From assembly GCA_004524445.1 (NCBI GenBank), contig SDNP01000007.1, positions 33,141 through 97,140 on the forward strand: a DNA stretch of 64,000 bases. Direction: 5' to 3'. Made by a program: the position numbers and the translations under genes. This document shows, in pieces, positions 29,707 through 39,961 of the stretch. Under the pieces are notes generated by a model that did no database searches, was not told where the DNA came from, and was given only the letters and a program-made list of their open reading frames with translations. How positions within the stretch are numbered: the stretch's first letter is position 1; every line of letters starts with the position of its first letter. The stretch is from Candidatus Thorarchaeota archaeon (GTDB lineage Archaea; Asgardarchaeota; Thorarchaeia; Thorarchaeales; Thorarchaeaceae).

Positions 29707-30776
29707 TGGGCGATTCGCCTAAAGATTTAATCGATAAATATCTAGAACGAGTACGAGTATATCTTCCGGTGGGAAGTGAAGAAACACTACTTGAAATGAG
29801 GACCCATCTCATTGAAGAGGCACAAAGGCTAGGAGATGGGAGAATAACGCATGGTTCTGCTATGATGGCTATTGAACGGTTTGGAGACCCCAAAGAAGCC
29901 GCTAATGCATATGCAGGCACTGGGAAGAAAGTGGGTCCGATTCCCGCTGAATATTTCCATCCTCTCTTGAGAATTGGATTGATATTAGCAGCATTGAGTG
30001 CAGTTTTTATTGTTGCCAGTTACTTCGTGGGATTGGCAGTTCCCGGATTAGGGTTCCTACAAAACTTTCCATTTAGTATCCTAGCCATGATTGCTATTTC
30101 TCTTGTCTACGCCTTCATTATCATTGGAGGATTGTCTTTATTGGATAGAGGAAAGCCACCAACAGAAAAGACCACTCTTGAGAGTGTACTTGGCATAGGG
30201 AGCGGCGTCTTCAAACCCAAAGGGCGCTGGGAGGCATTAGGTGAGGCTGTGTTTGGAACCATTTTTGGCGTCATTTTACTCCTACCCCAAATTATGCTTC
30301 TCTTTCGTCCTACGTTTCTAGTATTCCTGTACGCAGGAGCTCTGCTAATCTTTCTTGATGCTATCAAGGGACTGCTCTTCTTCCTTGCAGGAGAAAACAA
30401 TGTCACCCTCCTGATACAAGCCGCGATTGCAGCCATGTGGGTTATTCTCGCGGTCTTTCTCATCAATGTATCATGGCCCCTCGAGTCCTTCTATGTATTC
30501 AATGGAGATGTTGGGACCTGGCTGCTCGTGACTGTGGAGGACATCCAGAGTACTCTGCCACCTGAAATCAATGTCAGTCTGGGTCTGTCACTTATGTGGA
30601 TCTTCATCATCTTCATTATCGTAGTGACTAACCTTTGGTCGGTCCTGATATCTGCAATGAAGATTCCAATGTATCTTGAAGAAGGCAAGGGCTGGTGGTG
30701 GCAGGGTAGATGGACTGCTAAGGACTATGAAACCCTTATTGATGTCACGGACATGGATCAACAGGCTTCATCATGA
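29706..30776 (+). CDS. Membrane protein with N-terminal HAAS-like domain
   Basis: IDKYLERVR..L, FGDPKEAA, then multiple TM helices; coupled to padR. Confidence 0.75.
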   Translation: MGDSPKDLIDKYLERVRVYLPVGSEETLLEMRTHLIEEAQRLGDGRITHGSAMMAIERFGDPKEAANAYAGTGKKVGPIPAEYFHPLLRIGLILAALSAVFIVASYFVGLAVPGLGFLQNFPFSILAMIAISLVYAFIIIGGLSLLDRGKPPTEKTTLESVLGIGSGVFKPKGRWEALGEAVFGTIFGVILLLPQIMLLFRPTFLVFLYAGALLIFLDAIKGLLFFLAGENNVTLLIQAAIAAMWVILAVFLINVSWPLESFYVFNGDVGTWLLVTVEDIQSTLPPEINVSLGLSLMWIFIIFIIVVTNLWSVLISAMKIPMYLEEGKGWWWQGRWTAKDYETLIDVTDMDQQASS

Positions 30777-30848
30777 CCAAGCCATTTGAATGATGGATAC
30801 AACAATCGGAGTTAAGAATACGTAATAGAGAGGAGAAGGCATCTCCTC

Positions 30849-32972
30849 TCATGCCCCTTTTTTATTATTGATTTCTTGTTGAATTAGATTGTCGAGATTC
30901 TCTGCCTTTTCATGAAATCCATATTTCCGCCAAGCACCAATACACCGCTGTAGCAAATCGTTGGCCAAGTGCGAGTAAATTGGTTCGTCAAGAATTTCAC
31001 TTCCTTGAATCAGAAGCAACAAGAGGGGGGTTCCCATCATTGCCAACTCATAATCATACTCTGTGTAGTCTTGAATTGCAATTCTATTTAATGCAACGCT
31101 AACCTTCAGAACTCTTTCTACTTCCGATCTATCAAGAAGTTCAAGTATCTGCCCCGCAAGGAATGTGACAGACATGATATCATCACGACAGACCATCCCA
31201 TGTGAAACAAACCACTGATGGACAGCTAATGCCGTTCTGAAACTCTCTATCCTAATATGCAGCTTTTCTTTTGGAATCTTAATTCTCGTGCTCAAGGCGG
31301 CTATTGATACCATCAAATTTCCTACATTCGTCATATATGCGCTCGGATTACTTTCACGGAGACTCATTGTTGACTCACTATCATACTGCTTCATCGCAGA
31401 GTAGAGCAACTCCAATTCTGAATGCGAAATCCTCCCTACGCGAGCTAGAATAGGTCCAATGGCATTTATGAGCACGAAAATGGAAAGCCTAATCTGGGTC
31501 TTGTTCCACTCGCGGTGAACCACCAAAGAAACATCCGTAAGAAATTCATCAATATACTCTAGATGTGCCTCCCTTCCTTCCCCCGTGCTTATCCGGTAGT
31601 ATTCTGCACAGGCAACGCTGAGGCTTTGAAATACACTGTCCACCGTGTGAGCAAAGATTGGAATATTCAAACGAAGGAGGCTCCTGAAATACTTCCAATA
31701 AATCTCAAGTACTTCTTCAAGCACCTCTTTTCGTTCGCTGACGGTCAATACTGGTGACTCAGAAAGCGCAGTGAGAAGTGTAATATAGTTCTGAAGCTGC
31801 AATGAGCTCTGCAAAGCCATTTTGATATAGGTAACCGGTTCAGACGATATCCCTGCTTTTTCATCAAGAACACTTGATAGCTGACTGAGTATTCCTTGGA
31901 TTCGTCCTTTATAGAATCCCATTTTTGACTTGAAATCGTCGTAACTAGAAACAGAGTATAGCTTTTCAAAGATTTCATTTCTATCAATAATTGAGTAAAT
32001 ATATGCCCGGGCAACCGGTATCGCTTTTTGATAGTAATCCACCAAACGTCCAGCAAATTCTGGAAACTCTGAGATTCTGCCATCCATGAACACAAATGAT
32101 TGCAGTAAGCTTGGTGGATCCGTCCTGAATTTGAAGATATCAGCAGCTTTTCTTAAGAATTTGGAATAGTCTCTTGAATCAATCTCTCTCGAGAGAAACT
32201 TGACTAGCGCAACCACAGCAGAGCTGAACGGATTATCTGCCTTTATCCTGTCCACTCTCATCACCAGTTCACTCAAGGGTGGTGCAGAAGTCTCCGTCAT
32301 CTGTAATGCGAGTGTCCCCATCTTAATGGCGAAAGTGAGTTCGAGGGTATTCTTTGAATCAATGCTCGCAGCACACGCCTTATCGAATCTCCCTTGAAGC
32401 GCATACTCCAATGCGTCTTCCATGGAGTAATGTACTTGTGACTTGAGTTTTTGCCACTTCTCCACTAGCCCAGTGGTTTCTGTTCTTTTGTCCACTCTCT
32501 CAAGGATTTGTTCCAGTTCAGAGTCTGTCCCGATTTGACTGATAAGAGGGGGCCAGATTCTATCCAAGACTTCTTCTAGGTTAATGGCAATGTCATGTTT
32601 GACATATGTGTCGAGAATCTTATTGATTATGACAGTATGCTCCTTTGTTACACTACCATCGGCATCAGGAATATTCGAATTGTCTATCTCCTCTGCAATA
32701 ATTCTAAGCTGGCTTTCGGCATATCCTGCACCTTTGTCCACGAGCGCCACAACTGTATAACCACTCTTGGATTCAAATACAATCAGTGTATTATCTCGGA
32801 ATGCTAGGCGGTGCACTTCACCACTATCCATGGCAGCACACAGCATCTTGGCTGCCGATATTAGTGCTCCAATAAGCATCTCACCATCTGTGTCGATGAA
32901 GGAGCGTATCTCCACTGGTACACCGCCTTCTGTAAGGACGCCAACAAGTCGTATCATCACTTGCACCCGCAC
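30849..32972 (-). CDS. Hypothetical protein: N-terminal longin/roadblock-like domain plus long helical region
   Basis: IRLVGVLTEGGVP...LIGALISAA...HRLAFRDNTLIVFES..YTVVALVD secondary-structure pattern. Confidence 0.6.
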   Translation of the reverse strand: MRVQVMIRLVGVLTEGGVPVEIRSFIDTDGEMLIGALISAAKMLCAAMDSGEVHRLAFRDNTLIVFESKSGYTVVALVDKGAGYAESQLRIIAEEIDNSNIPDADGSVTKEHTVIINKILDTYVKHDIAINLEEVLDRIWPPLISQIGTDSELEQILERVDKRTETTGLVEKWQKLKSQVHYSMEDALEYALQGRFDKACAASIDSKNTLELTFAIKMGTLALQMTETSAPPLSELVMRVDRIKADNPFSSAVVALVKFLSREIDSRDYSKFLRKAADIFKFRTDPPSLLQSFVFMDGRISEFPEFAGRLVDYYQKAIPVARAYIYSIIDRNEIFEKLYSVSSYDDFKSKMGFYKGRIQGILSQLSSVLDEKAGISSEPVTYIKMALQSSLQLQNYITLLTALSESPVLTVSERKEVLEEVLEIYWKYFRSLLRLNIPIFAHTVDSVFQSLSVACAEYYRISTGEGREAHLEYIDEFLTDVSLVVHREWNKTQIRLSIFVLINAIGPILARVGRISHSELELLYSAMKQYDSESTMSLRESNPSAYMTNVGNLMVSIAALSTRIKIPKEKLHIRIESFRTALAVHQWFVSHGMVCRDDIMSVTFLAGQILELLDRSEVERVLKVSVALNRIAIQDYTEYDYELAMMGTPLLLLLIQGSEILDEPIYSHLANDLLQRCIGAWRKYGFHEKAENLDNLIQQEINNKKGA

Positions 32973-33181
32973 AGTCTACTCTGTATTCACAAGGCATCAT
33001 AAGAAAAAAGCCTTCGTCGTATTCCCTCCGAACCAGCATTATGCACCTTCTACAATAGCACAAATGGCTTGCGAATTGCCGAACATCAGGAATGGGACAC
33101 TGCCAGAATTTGAAATTTATCGGTTCTATCTAATAGAGAATACACACTCACATTTCTGCTTGACCTTGCTAATGGAACTGA

Positions 33182-33832
33182 TTATGCGTTAGACAAGAGT
33201 TTCTTTGCGACTTCTACTGCTGCCTGTGCATTTGGTGCCCAACCATCCGCCCCTATTTTCTCAGCCCATTCTTCTGTGGTTGGGGCTCCACCCACCATCA
33301 CTTTTGCTTGGTCTCTTATTCCTGCCTTTTTCATTGCATCTATTATTCCCCGCTGCATGGGTATTGTTGTAGTTAGCAAGGCAGAAAGCCCAACGATGTC
33401 CGGCTCATACTCTTTGATTTTATCAATTACGGTGTCTGTCGGAATGTCCTCCCCGAGGTCAATGACATCAAATCCATTGGCGCGCAATAGCGTTGCCACG
33501 ATGTCTTTTCCGATGCTATGGATATCTCCTTCAACAGTCACCATCAGCACTCTTCCTGCAGTTTCCACTTCAGCCTTTGATGCTTGTATATCTTGTAACA
33601 GAACCTCCATTCCGGCTTTCATTGCTCCTCCTGCAGACACCAGCTCAACCAGAAACGCCTCACCTCTCTCAAATCGGGCCCCCACTTCTCTTACTCCTTT
33701 TGCCAGTCCTTCTGAAATTGCCTTAAGGGGAGGTATTTCTTCGTCCAATGCTTTTTGGGCTGCTTTTCTAGCTCCCTCGGGATCACTGTCTATTACTGAT
33801 TGCTCCAGTTCCTTGAGTATGGCCGCTGACAT
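33182..33832 (-). CDS. Methyltransferase cognate corrinoid protein (MttC/MtbC family)
   Basis: EGDIHSIGKDIV B12-binding motif, GLSALLTTT, MVGGAP. Confidence 0.95.
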   Translation of the reverse strand: MSAAILKELEQSVIDSDPEGARKAAQKALDEEIPPLKAISEGLAKGVREVGARFERGEAFLVELVSAGGAMKAGMEVLLQDIQASKAEVETAGRVLMVTVEGDIHSIGKDIVATLLRANGFDVIDLGEDIPTDTVIDKIKEYEPDIVGLSALLTTTIPMQRGIIDAMKKAGIRDQAKVMVGGAPTTEEWAEKIGADGWAPNAQAAVEVAKKLLSNA

Positions 33833-34078
33833 TTTTGCAAACTGTCCTCTAATTGGTATCCTCCTTACATAGTAAGGATCCTAAATATATGCCTGATATG
33901 TGTCGGTTATCAAAATTATCGAATCGCTCTTATATTTCTAGCCTTATACTATTGGAAACTGCAGATTCAACATAGAGAAAAATTTGCATACCGTTCGACT
34001 CAAATTGAACTATGGTGTACCTTCTGGTACAAAATCCTAATACACCGTTAGCACAGAAAAAGATGAAGTTGAGATACT

Positions 34079-34987
34079 ATGTTAAAGTTTGAGTCAGAGC
34101 AGAAGGTCTACGATATCGGGGAAATCAAAATGGGGGGTCAACCTGGAGAGTACCCCACTGTACTTATTGGCAGCATCTTCTACCACGGTCATGACATTGT
34201 GACTGACGAGAAGGCAGGCGATTTTGACAAGGAGAAGGCTGAGGCTCTTCTGAAGAAGGAAGAAGCGGTTTCAGAAACGACTGGCAATCCGCGAATCGTA
34301 GATGTCTGTTCGGCCTGGCCTAGGTCATTTGACAAGTATATCGAATATGTAGCAGAGCATATCGAGGGGCCCTTTACTATAGACGGTACCACCTCGTCAG
34401 TTCGTATCGCTGGACTGAAGTATGTAGAGGAAGTTGGTCTGGGAGAACGAGTGATATACAATTCAGTCCAACCCCAGATCAAGGATGATGAGATCATGGC
34501 AATCAAAGATGCCAAAATCAACTCAGCAATTCTTCTCACTTACAATGCAAAGAATCCAACCATTCAAGGGCGGTTAGAATCACTCGATTCAGTACTCTCA
34601 GTAGCAAAGCAAGCAGGAATCGAAAACTGCTTGATAGATGTTGCCGTTCTGGACAAACCAGATCCCGGCCCTATCAGTAAATGCATCCATCTTGTGAAGG
34701 AGAGATATGGGCTTCCTGCCGGAGCAGGCTCACATAATGCTGTTGCTACATGGGCTGAACAACGTAATCTGGACAAGAATAAGCGTCTGATGGCTTTGAG
34801 TGTTGCCAATGCTTTACCCATCTCATTTGGTGCGGATTTTATTCTGTATGGACCAATTCATAATGCCAAATATGCCTACTTCCATACTGCATTTGCTGAT
34901 GCGTGTGTAGCCTTTAGTATGATGCAAGAATATGGAATCAAACCGGCCAATCGGTCACATCCCCTATTCCGCATATTCCGAGAATAG
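34079..34987 (+). CDS. MtrH/MtgA-like methylcorrinoid:pterin methyltransferase
   Basis: GGQPGEYPTVLIGSIFY, YNS, GAGSHNA, GADFILYGPI. Confidence 0.9.
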   Translation: MLKFESEQKVYDIGEIKMGGQPGEYPTVLIGSIFYHGHDIVTDEKAGDFDKEKAEALLKKEEAVSETTGNPRIVDVCSAWPRSFDKYIEYVAEHIEGPFTIDGTTSSVRIAGLKYVEEVGLGERVIYNSVQPQIKDDEIMAIKDAKINSAILLTYNAKNPTIQGRLESLDSVLSVAKQAGIENCLIDVAVLDKPDPGPISKCIHLVKERYGLPAGAGSHNAVATWAEQRNLDKNKRLMALSVANALPISFGADFILYGPIHNAKYAYFHTAFADACVAFSMMQEYGIKPANRSHPLFRIFRE

Positions 34988-35136
34988 ACCGATATGAACG
35001 AATCCTCTTAGGCATAATTTAGTGCCTTCACGTACTGTAGCCCACACTTGGCATTTTGTCGAATGTACATGACTAGGCACCATTGAGTTTTATATAGGCC
35101 AATTCGTGCCATGCCGAACTAGTCTGGTGAACTCCT

Positions 35137-36000
35137 GTGTGTAAATGGTGCATGGAACATGGTGCTGGCGGAAAATGGTACATGAATGCCCGCAACTACT
35201 CTGAAGAGCTCGGTGAACAACTGAAACCCTACCTTGAAGAGCAGTGGAAAAATATGGAAACGCTCTTCATCCGCAAGGTGATGGGTTTTAGCTCGATTGG
35301 TCTTGGATATAAAATGCAGATGCCACTCATTGGAAGGGTTCTTCGTACTGCTGCAGAGCGACAGATTCACAATGAGAGCCATAGTCGCAATCCTGTCCGG
35401 GGCGATGGTCACTTTGGACAGGTGTTGCCACTTGAAGATGCTCAACATATTATTGGCAATCTTGCAACTGGCAAGATTATCAAAAACTATTGCCTGTGCC
35501 GATGGATGCAACGGGGCGTAAAGGATGCGGTCTGTATCAACTTCGGTTCGCTGAGTGAAATCATTCCAAAATTAGACCGTTACATACCAGTTGATGAGAA
35601 ATGGCAGTTAGACAGAGAAGAGGCAATCCAAGCCTTGGAGGAGCAGAACAAGAAGGGCTATGTTGCATCTGTCTGGTTCCAGCCCGTGCCGTACATCAAT
35701 GCAATATGCTCATGCGAGAGTCCTGAGTGTGGCGGACTTCGTCTGCGAAATGACTTTGGACTAAAGACCGTCTACAAGGCCGAATATGTGATCGACGTTG
35801 ATGCTGACCAATGTCAAGGCTGCAAGCGTTGTGTGAGCCAGTGTCAGTTTGGCGCATTACGCTACCTTCCGTCAATTGACCGAGTCATTGTGAATCAGGA
35901 CAAGTGCTTTGGTTGCGGGACATGCAGGCATGTCTGCGCTCATGACGCTCTAAAATTAGTTCCCAGAGAAGAAGTTCCTGGTCAGGCAGGCAATTACTAG
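35137..36000 (+). CDS. 4Fe-4S dicluster protein
   Basis: N-terminal CKWC, CLCR, ICSC, two CxxCxxCxxxC motifs. Confidence 0.88.
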   Translation: MCKWCMEHGAGGKWYMNARNYSEELGEQLKPYLEEQWKNMETLFIRKVMGFSSIGLGYKMQMPLIGRVLRTAAERQIHNESHSRNPVRGDGHFGQVLPLEDAQHIIGNLATGKIIKNYCLCRWMQRGVKDAVCINFGSLSEIIPKLDRYIPVDEKWQLDREEAIQALEEQNKKGYVASVWFQPVPYINAICSCESPECGGLRLRNDFGLKTVYKAEYVIDVDADQCQGCKRCVSQCQFGALRYLPSIDRVIVNQDKCFGCGTCRHVCAHDALKLVPREEVPGQAGNY

Positions 36001-36002
36001 GA

Positions 36003-36302
36003 GTGACGAATATGGCAAAGACAAAGATAACCATAGATTATGACAAATGCGGATACAAAGACGGAGTTGAGATGGATCCAAGAAATTGTAGGAAATGTCT
36101 TGGCATTTGCGACCCTGCAGTATTCCTCATGCATCCCACACTGGATGAACATCCTGACCCGTTCAATCCAGAGAAATGGATGGTCACCCCTGTGTGGCCG
36201 TCGATGTGCATGGGATGTATGAAATGTCAAGAAGTTTGTCCCGTTGGAGCGATAACCGTAGAGCCCGGAGAATCACTCTATACAATGATTAACGAAGTGT
36301 AG
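36003..36302 (+). CDS. Ferredoxin
   Basis: C..CRKCLGIC and CMGCMKCQEVCP. Confidence 0.85.
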   Translation: MTNMAKTKITIDYDKCGYKDGVEMDPRNCRKCLGICDPAVFLMHPTLDEHPDPFNPEKWMVTPVWPSMCMGCMKCQEVCPVGAITVEPGESLYTMINEV

Positions 36303-37293
36303 TAATCGGGCGCGATTGAAGCACAACTACCCCCCTATTATGCATACACCATTCGATGTCTTGAGGATACTCGAAGGCACGTTCAATCTCTTTGCCCAGA
36401 CGAGCGACCCTGACCACATCTTCATCAGGGATTGCAAATCTCTTTTGCATATGCTCTGGTGTTTTTTCCTCCTTGATATTTCCGGCTTTCTCCGAAATAC
36501 AGGGCCTAATCATCAGCTCCTTTTTTCCTCGTTTCTTCTCCGTGATTGCCAATGAATCCTTCTTGAGAATATAGTTGTCGGGAATCACCCTGCCAGAAAC
36601 TATTGTTCCGCCTAGCCCATAGGTGGCGTCAATCAGCATTTGATTGCGGTTATTTGACACAACATTGGCAGTGAACATCACCCCAGAAACCTCAGCTGGT
36701 ATCAACTCCTGAACAATGACCGCCATTTTTATTTTTGACAGTGGAATGTCTTTACTGTTCAGATAGAGAATGGATCGTGTATTGAGGGCAGAACACCAGA
36801 CACGTTTGATTGATTCTAATACTTCTTCCAAGCCATTTGCGCCAAGATAACTTTCCGCTTGCCCTGCAAAGGAGAATTGATAGCCGTCCTCCAAAACAGC
36901 AGAAGACCTCACGGCAAAACCAGATGCATTGGAATTTCTGTTCTCTTTGAATTTTCGATAAGCTATGGAGATTTTCGTCTGGATACTCTCGGGAACCTCA
37001 CACGACAATAATGTCTTCTGGAATCCCGCGGTGACGGCCATCAGGTCTTCAAGGTCAATGGCACCATTTAGATTTTCAATCTGCTCTCCTACAGATGGGC
37101 TCTCTTGCAGGAATTCAGAATAGAAACTGCAGGGAATCACAAAGCCAGCAGGCACATTGAACCCATATTGGCGAAGACGGTACAGATTAGATGCCTTTCC
37201 TCCAAAATTCTCGACCTGACTGCAAGATATAGACGAAAGGTCATGAATTCGTCCCATCCCATCTCTTCTAGGTAACATCAAATCAGCTCTCAT
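36289..37293 (-). CDS. Stand-alone ATP-grasp (PEP/pyruvate-binding) domain of PEP synthase/dikinase type
   Basis: GGKASNL, AVRSSAVLED..SFAGQ, SGVMFT, PQDIEW, LQSRPIT; ends where the domain ends. Confidence 0.9.
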   Translation of the reverse strand: MRADLMLPRRDGMGRIHDLSSISCSQVENFGGKASNLYRLRQYGFNVPAGFVIPCSFYSEFLQESPSVGEQIENLNGAIDLEDLMAVTAGFQKTLLSCEVPESIQTKISIAYRKFKENRNSNASGFAVRSSAVLEDGYQFSFAGQAESYLGANGLEEVLESIKRVWCSALNTRSILYLNSKDIPLSKIKMAVIVQELIPAEVSGVMFTANVVSNNRNQMLIDATYGLGGTIVSGRVIPDNYILKKDSLAITEKKRGKKELMIRPCISEKAGNIKEEKTPEHMQKRFAIPDEDVVRVARLGKEIERAFEYPQDIEWCMHNRGVVVLQSRPITTLR

Positions 37294-37660
37294 CTAAAAG
37301 GAATAGCGTACCAGATGCCCCTCCATCTGGCTCAATGCGAACTCTCTTTCCGTCCAGGCTCTCAGGGTCTTCGACGGGTGTCCCCATCAAAGCTGGAATC
37401 TCGAACTCCCTAGACACAATTGCCAAGTGTGAACCCAATGCACCAGAGGTACAAACTACTCCCGCGAGTTTTGGCAATACTGGGGCTAGCGTTGTGGTTC
37501 CCGCATCATCAACAAGTACAATCTTTCCATCTGCTCCTTCTTTGTATAATTGAACGACTTCCTGAATAGAAACAATATATCTGAGTTCTCCCTCAGCTTC
37601 CAATTCCATGGAGATAAGCCCTTGTCCAACTTTTCTCAAACCAAATAGCCACCTATGCAA
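37283..37660 (-). CDS. Stand-alone PEP-utilizer mobile (phospho-His swivel) domain
   Basis: GALGSHLAIVSREFEIPALMG matches the SHAAIVARE.GIP consensus. Confidence 0.88.
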   Translation of the reverse strand: MHRWLFGLRKVGQGLISMELEAEGELRYIVSIQEVVQLYKEGADGKIVLVDDAGTTTLAPVLPKLAGVVCTSGALGSHLAIVSREFEIPALMGTPVEDPESLDGKRVRIEPDGGASGTLFLLDES

Positions 37661-37857
37661 TCTTCCTTTCCGTATTTGGCTTGGTTATAAAGAATAACGT
37701 CAAATTCCCAGTAAAAACTCACGGAAAGACTAAGAAAGTCATGTAGAATAGCAACTTGACGATACTGTAGACGTATAGGTCTGTAATGCTTAATAGCCCC
37801 ATTAGAAGGGGGTTCGTTTTAACAGCAATCCATGCCTCGCGGCGGAGATGAAATAAG

Positions 37858-39015
37858 ATGGATGTAAGGGAGATTAATGAACAAATCAGACACATATCAC
37901 ATATTTTTGAAGATGTTCTCGCAGAACGTGGATTATTAGAATCGAAGCTATTTCCTATATCAGAATACATTAGCCTGTCCTGCTACCAGTGCTATGAATA
38001 TCAATTCGATGTAATGAAACAGGTCTTTTCTAGGATATCACCAGAGGAGCTTGCCAAGCAGAGTAAAAAGCTTCTGTCTGACATCCATGCTCTCAGCATT
38101 ACCTACTGTTGGTTATACTGGTCTTTAGGAAGAATGGGCAAGATATTCAACGAATATGGGGATGATGCATCTAACGAACCGGAGGAAAAGAGAGAACAAT
38201 GGAAATGGATGTTGGAGCAGTGGCACTCGCTTGGAACCAATTACTTCAACACAGGCAAACCCTCTGTTGCCTCCTCAGGGTATGTAAACTTGGCATTCGA
38301 AGATGAAACCATAGACTGGCTTCATAACAACATGGAACCCGTCACAGTGGAACAGACAAAGAAAATCAGAAGGGCATTTGGTTCTGTTGATCTCTATGCC
38401 TTTCTAGAAGAGTGCGATGCACGAGCTAAGATTGTTGACCATGGCCCGTATTCAGTGGGTGATGATGAGATTTTAGTGGTTTCTGAATATACCAATCTAC
38501 ATGATGGAAAAGGAGATTTGTGGCTGCCCTGGTCCGATACTGAAGCCAAGTTACCAAGTTCTTCTTTGGGCGTAGCAATGACTATGAAAGATGTCACTGC
38601 ACGCTTCAATGACGTGGGTACCATGACTATAGAACCAGGTGACTACTCTAAGAGAGTTACTGGTGCTGTGGTATATGCAAATAGAGGAAATGAGGTGGTG
38701 CCAATTGGTTTTGATGAGTTAGATGCCTACGCAGAGGCAGCAGATGCTGCACAAGCTGAGCTCTATATGAAGTTCGCAGAATGGGATAAAGAACGTTTAA
38801 TGGTTGCTGGGGCAATAGCATATTGGCGTGGCTTCGCTAGATATACTGATGTTGTTGGAATAACAGACAAAATCGATTGGGGTATTGCAGATGATATCAA
38901 GGAGAAATATATACCCTTCTTCATGGATACAGATGCAGATCCCGCTTTCATGCGCTTTGGGCGGTTTGACGAGGAAATGGAGGAGGACCCGACACTCTAT
39001 CTTCTCCCAGAGTAA
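37858..39015 (+). CDS. Uncharacterised soluble protein, candidate substrate-binding subunit of split dikinase
   Basis: 385-aa acidic ORF divergent from the His-domain gene; no recognised catalytic motif. Confidence 0.6.
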   Translation: MDVREINEQIRHISHIFEDVLAERGLLESKLFPISEYISLSCYQCYEYQFDVMKQVFSRISPEELAKQSKKLLSDIHALSITYCWLYWSLGRMGKIFNEYGDDASNEPEEKREQWKWMLEQWHSLGTNYFNTGKPSVASSGYVNLAFEDETIDWLHNNMEPVTVEQTKKIRRAFGSVDLYAFLEECDARAKIVDHGPYSVGDDEILVVSEYTNLHDGKGDLWLPWSDTEAKLPSSSLGVAMTMKDVTARFNDVGTMTIEPGDYSKRVTGAVVYANRGNEVVPIGFDELDAYAEAADAAQAELYMKFAEWDKERLMVAGAIAYWRGFARYTDVVGITDKIDWGIADDIKEKYIPFFMDTDADPAFMRFGRFDEEMEEDPTLYLLPE

Positions 39016-39037
39016 ACAAATCGGAAGTTGAATTGAG

Positions 39038-39931
39038 ATGACCGAACTAGAAGAATCAGACGATTACCTACACGAACCAGGAAATGCGAAAGACTGGAGA
39101 GAGAGCTACTATTTCAATTGGGTCGATATTGATAATGAGATATCTGGCTTCAGTACCATCGGACTTCTCCCCAATGCGAAAAAGCGTGAATTTGTGTTTG
39201 CCTTGTTTTACCATGACAAACGTGAGATTCACTTTGTTGAGCCCGGTGGCAAATTTGGAGATGCTGCTGATGATGCACTTTCCGACGGTATACTCTCCTA
39301 CAAATTGCAGTCACCACTTGATAAATGGACATTGAAATACGAGAAGAATGATTTCAAAGTCCATATTGTTTGGCAAGGAAGATTTCCGTGCTACGATTTC
39401 GGTTCTGGAAGCGGCACATCTTGGGAAGGACATTTCGAACAGTCTGGCAGAGTCAAGGGGAAAGTCCACCTACCAGACGGAAACACTCTGCAAATCGATG
39501 GGTTGGGAGAACGCGACAAGAGTTGGGGGTCACGAGACTGGCATATTCAGGCCTGGTATGCATTTCATGCTCAATTCGAAGATTTCTCCATTGGATTGAG
39601 AAGGGACCGAGTAAAGAATCAATTCTACGCTTCAGGAGGGATTTCACGCAAGCAGGGTCACGTACCAATAAAACGTGTTGATGTGGAAACCGAAACGAAA
39701 CAGCTGCCAAACAAAATGCCTTACGCTGCCACTACAAAAGTGCACGGAGCTGATGGTTCAACCTACACCCTCAAATCTCGTACCGTTTCTGATACCAGCT
39801 TTGTCCGATTTGAGCGTAAATTTGACAAAGGGCGAACGGAACTATTTGAGAATATGGCTCTTCACCAACATTTGGAATCTGGTGATCAGGGTACTGGACT
39901 ACTGGAATGGTTGTTTACTCACCCTAAGTAA
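39038..39931 (+). CDS. Beta-rich protein, tocopherol cyclase/AttH-like
   Basis: WRESYYFNW, GHFEQSGRVKG, GERDKSWGSR motifs. Confidence 0.6.
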   Translation: MTELEESDDYLHEPGNAKDWRESYYFNWVDIDNEISGFSTIGLLPNAKKREFVFALFYHDKREIHFVEPGGKFGDAADDALSDGILSYKLQSPLDKWTLKYEKNDFKVHIVWQGRFPCYDFGSGSGTSWEGHFEQSGRVKGKVHLPDGNTLQIDGLGERDKSWGSRDWHIQAWYAFHAQFEDFSIGLRRDRVKNQFYASGGISRKQGHVPIKRVDVETETKQLPNKMPYAATTKVHGADGSTYTLKSRTVSDTSFVRFERKFDKGRTELFENMALHQHLESGDQGTGLLEWLFTHPK

Positions 39932-39961
39932 CCCCAAAGATACATCTCTCAACTAGACTCA

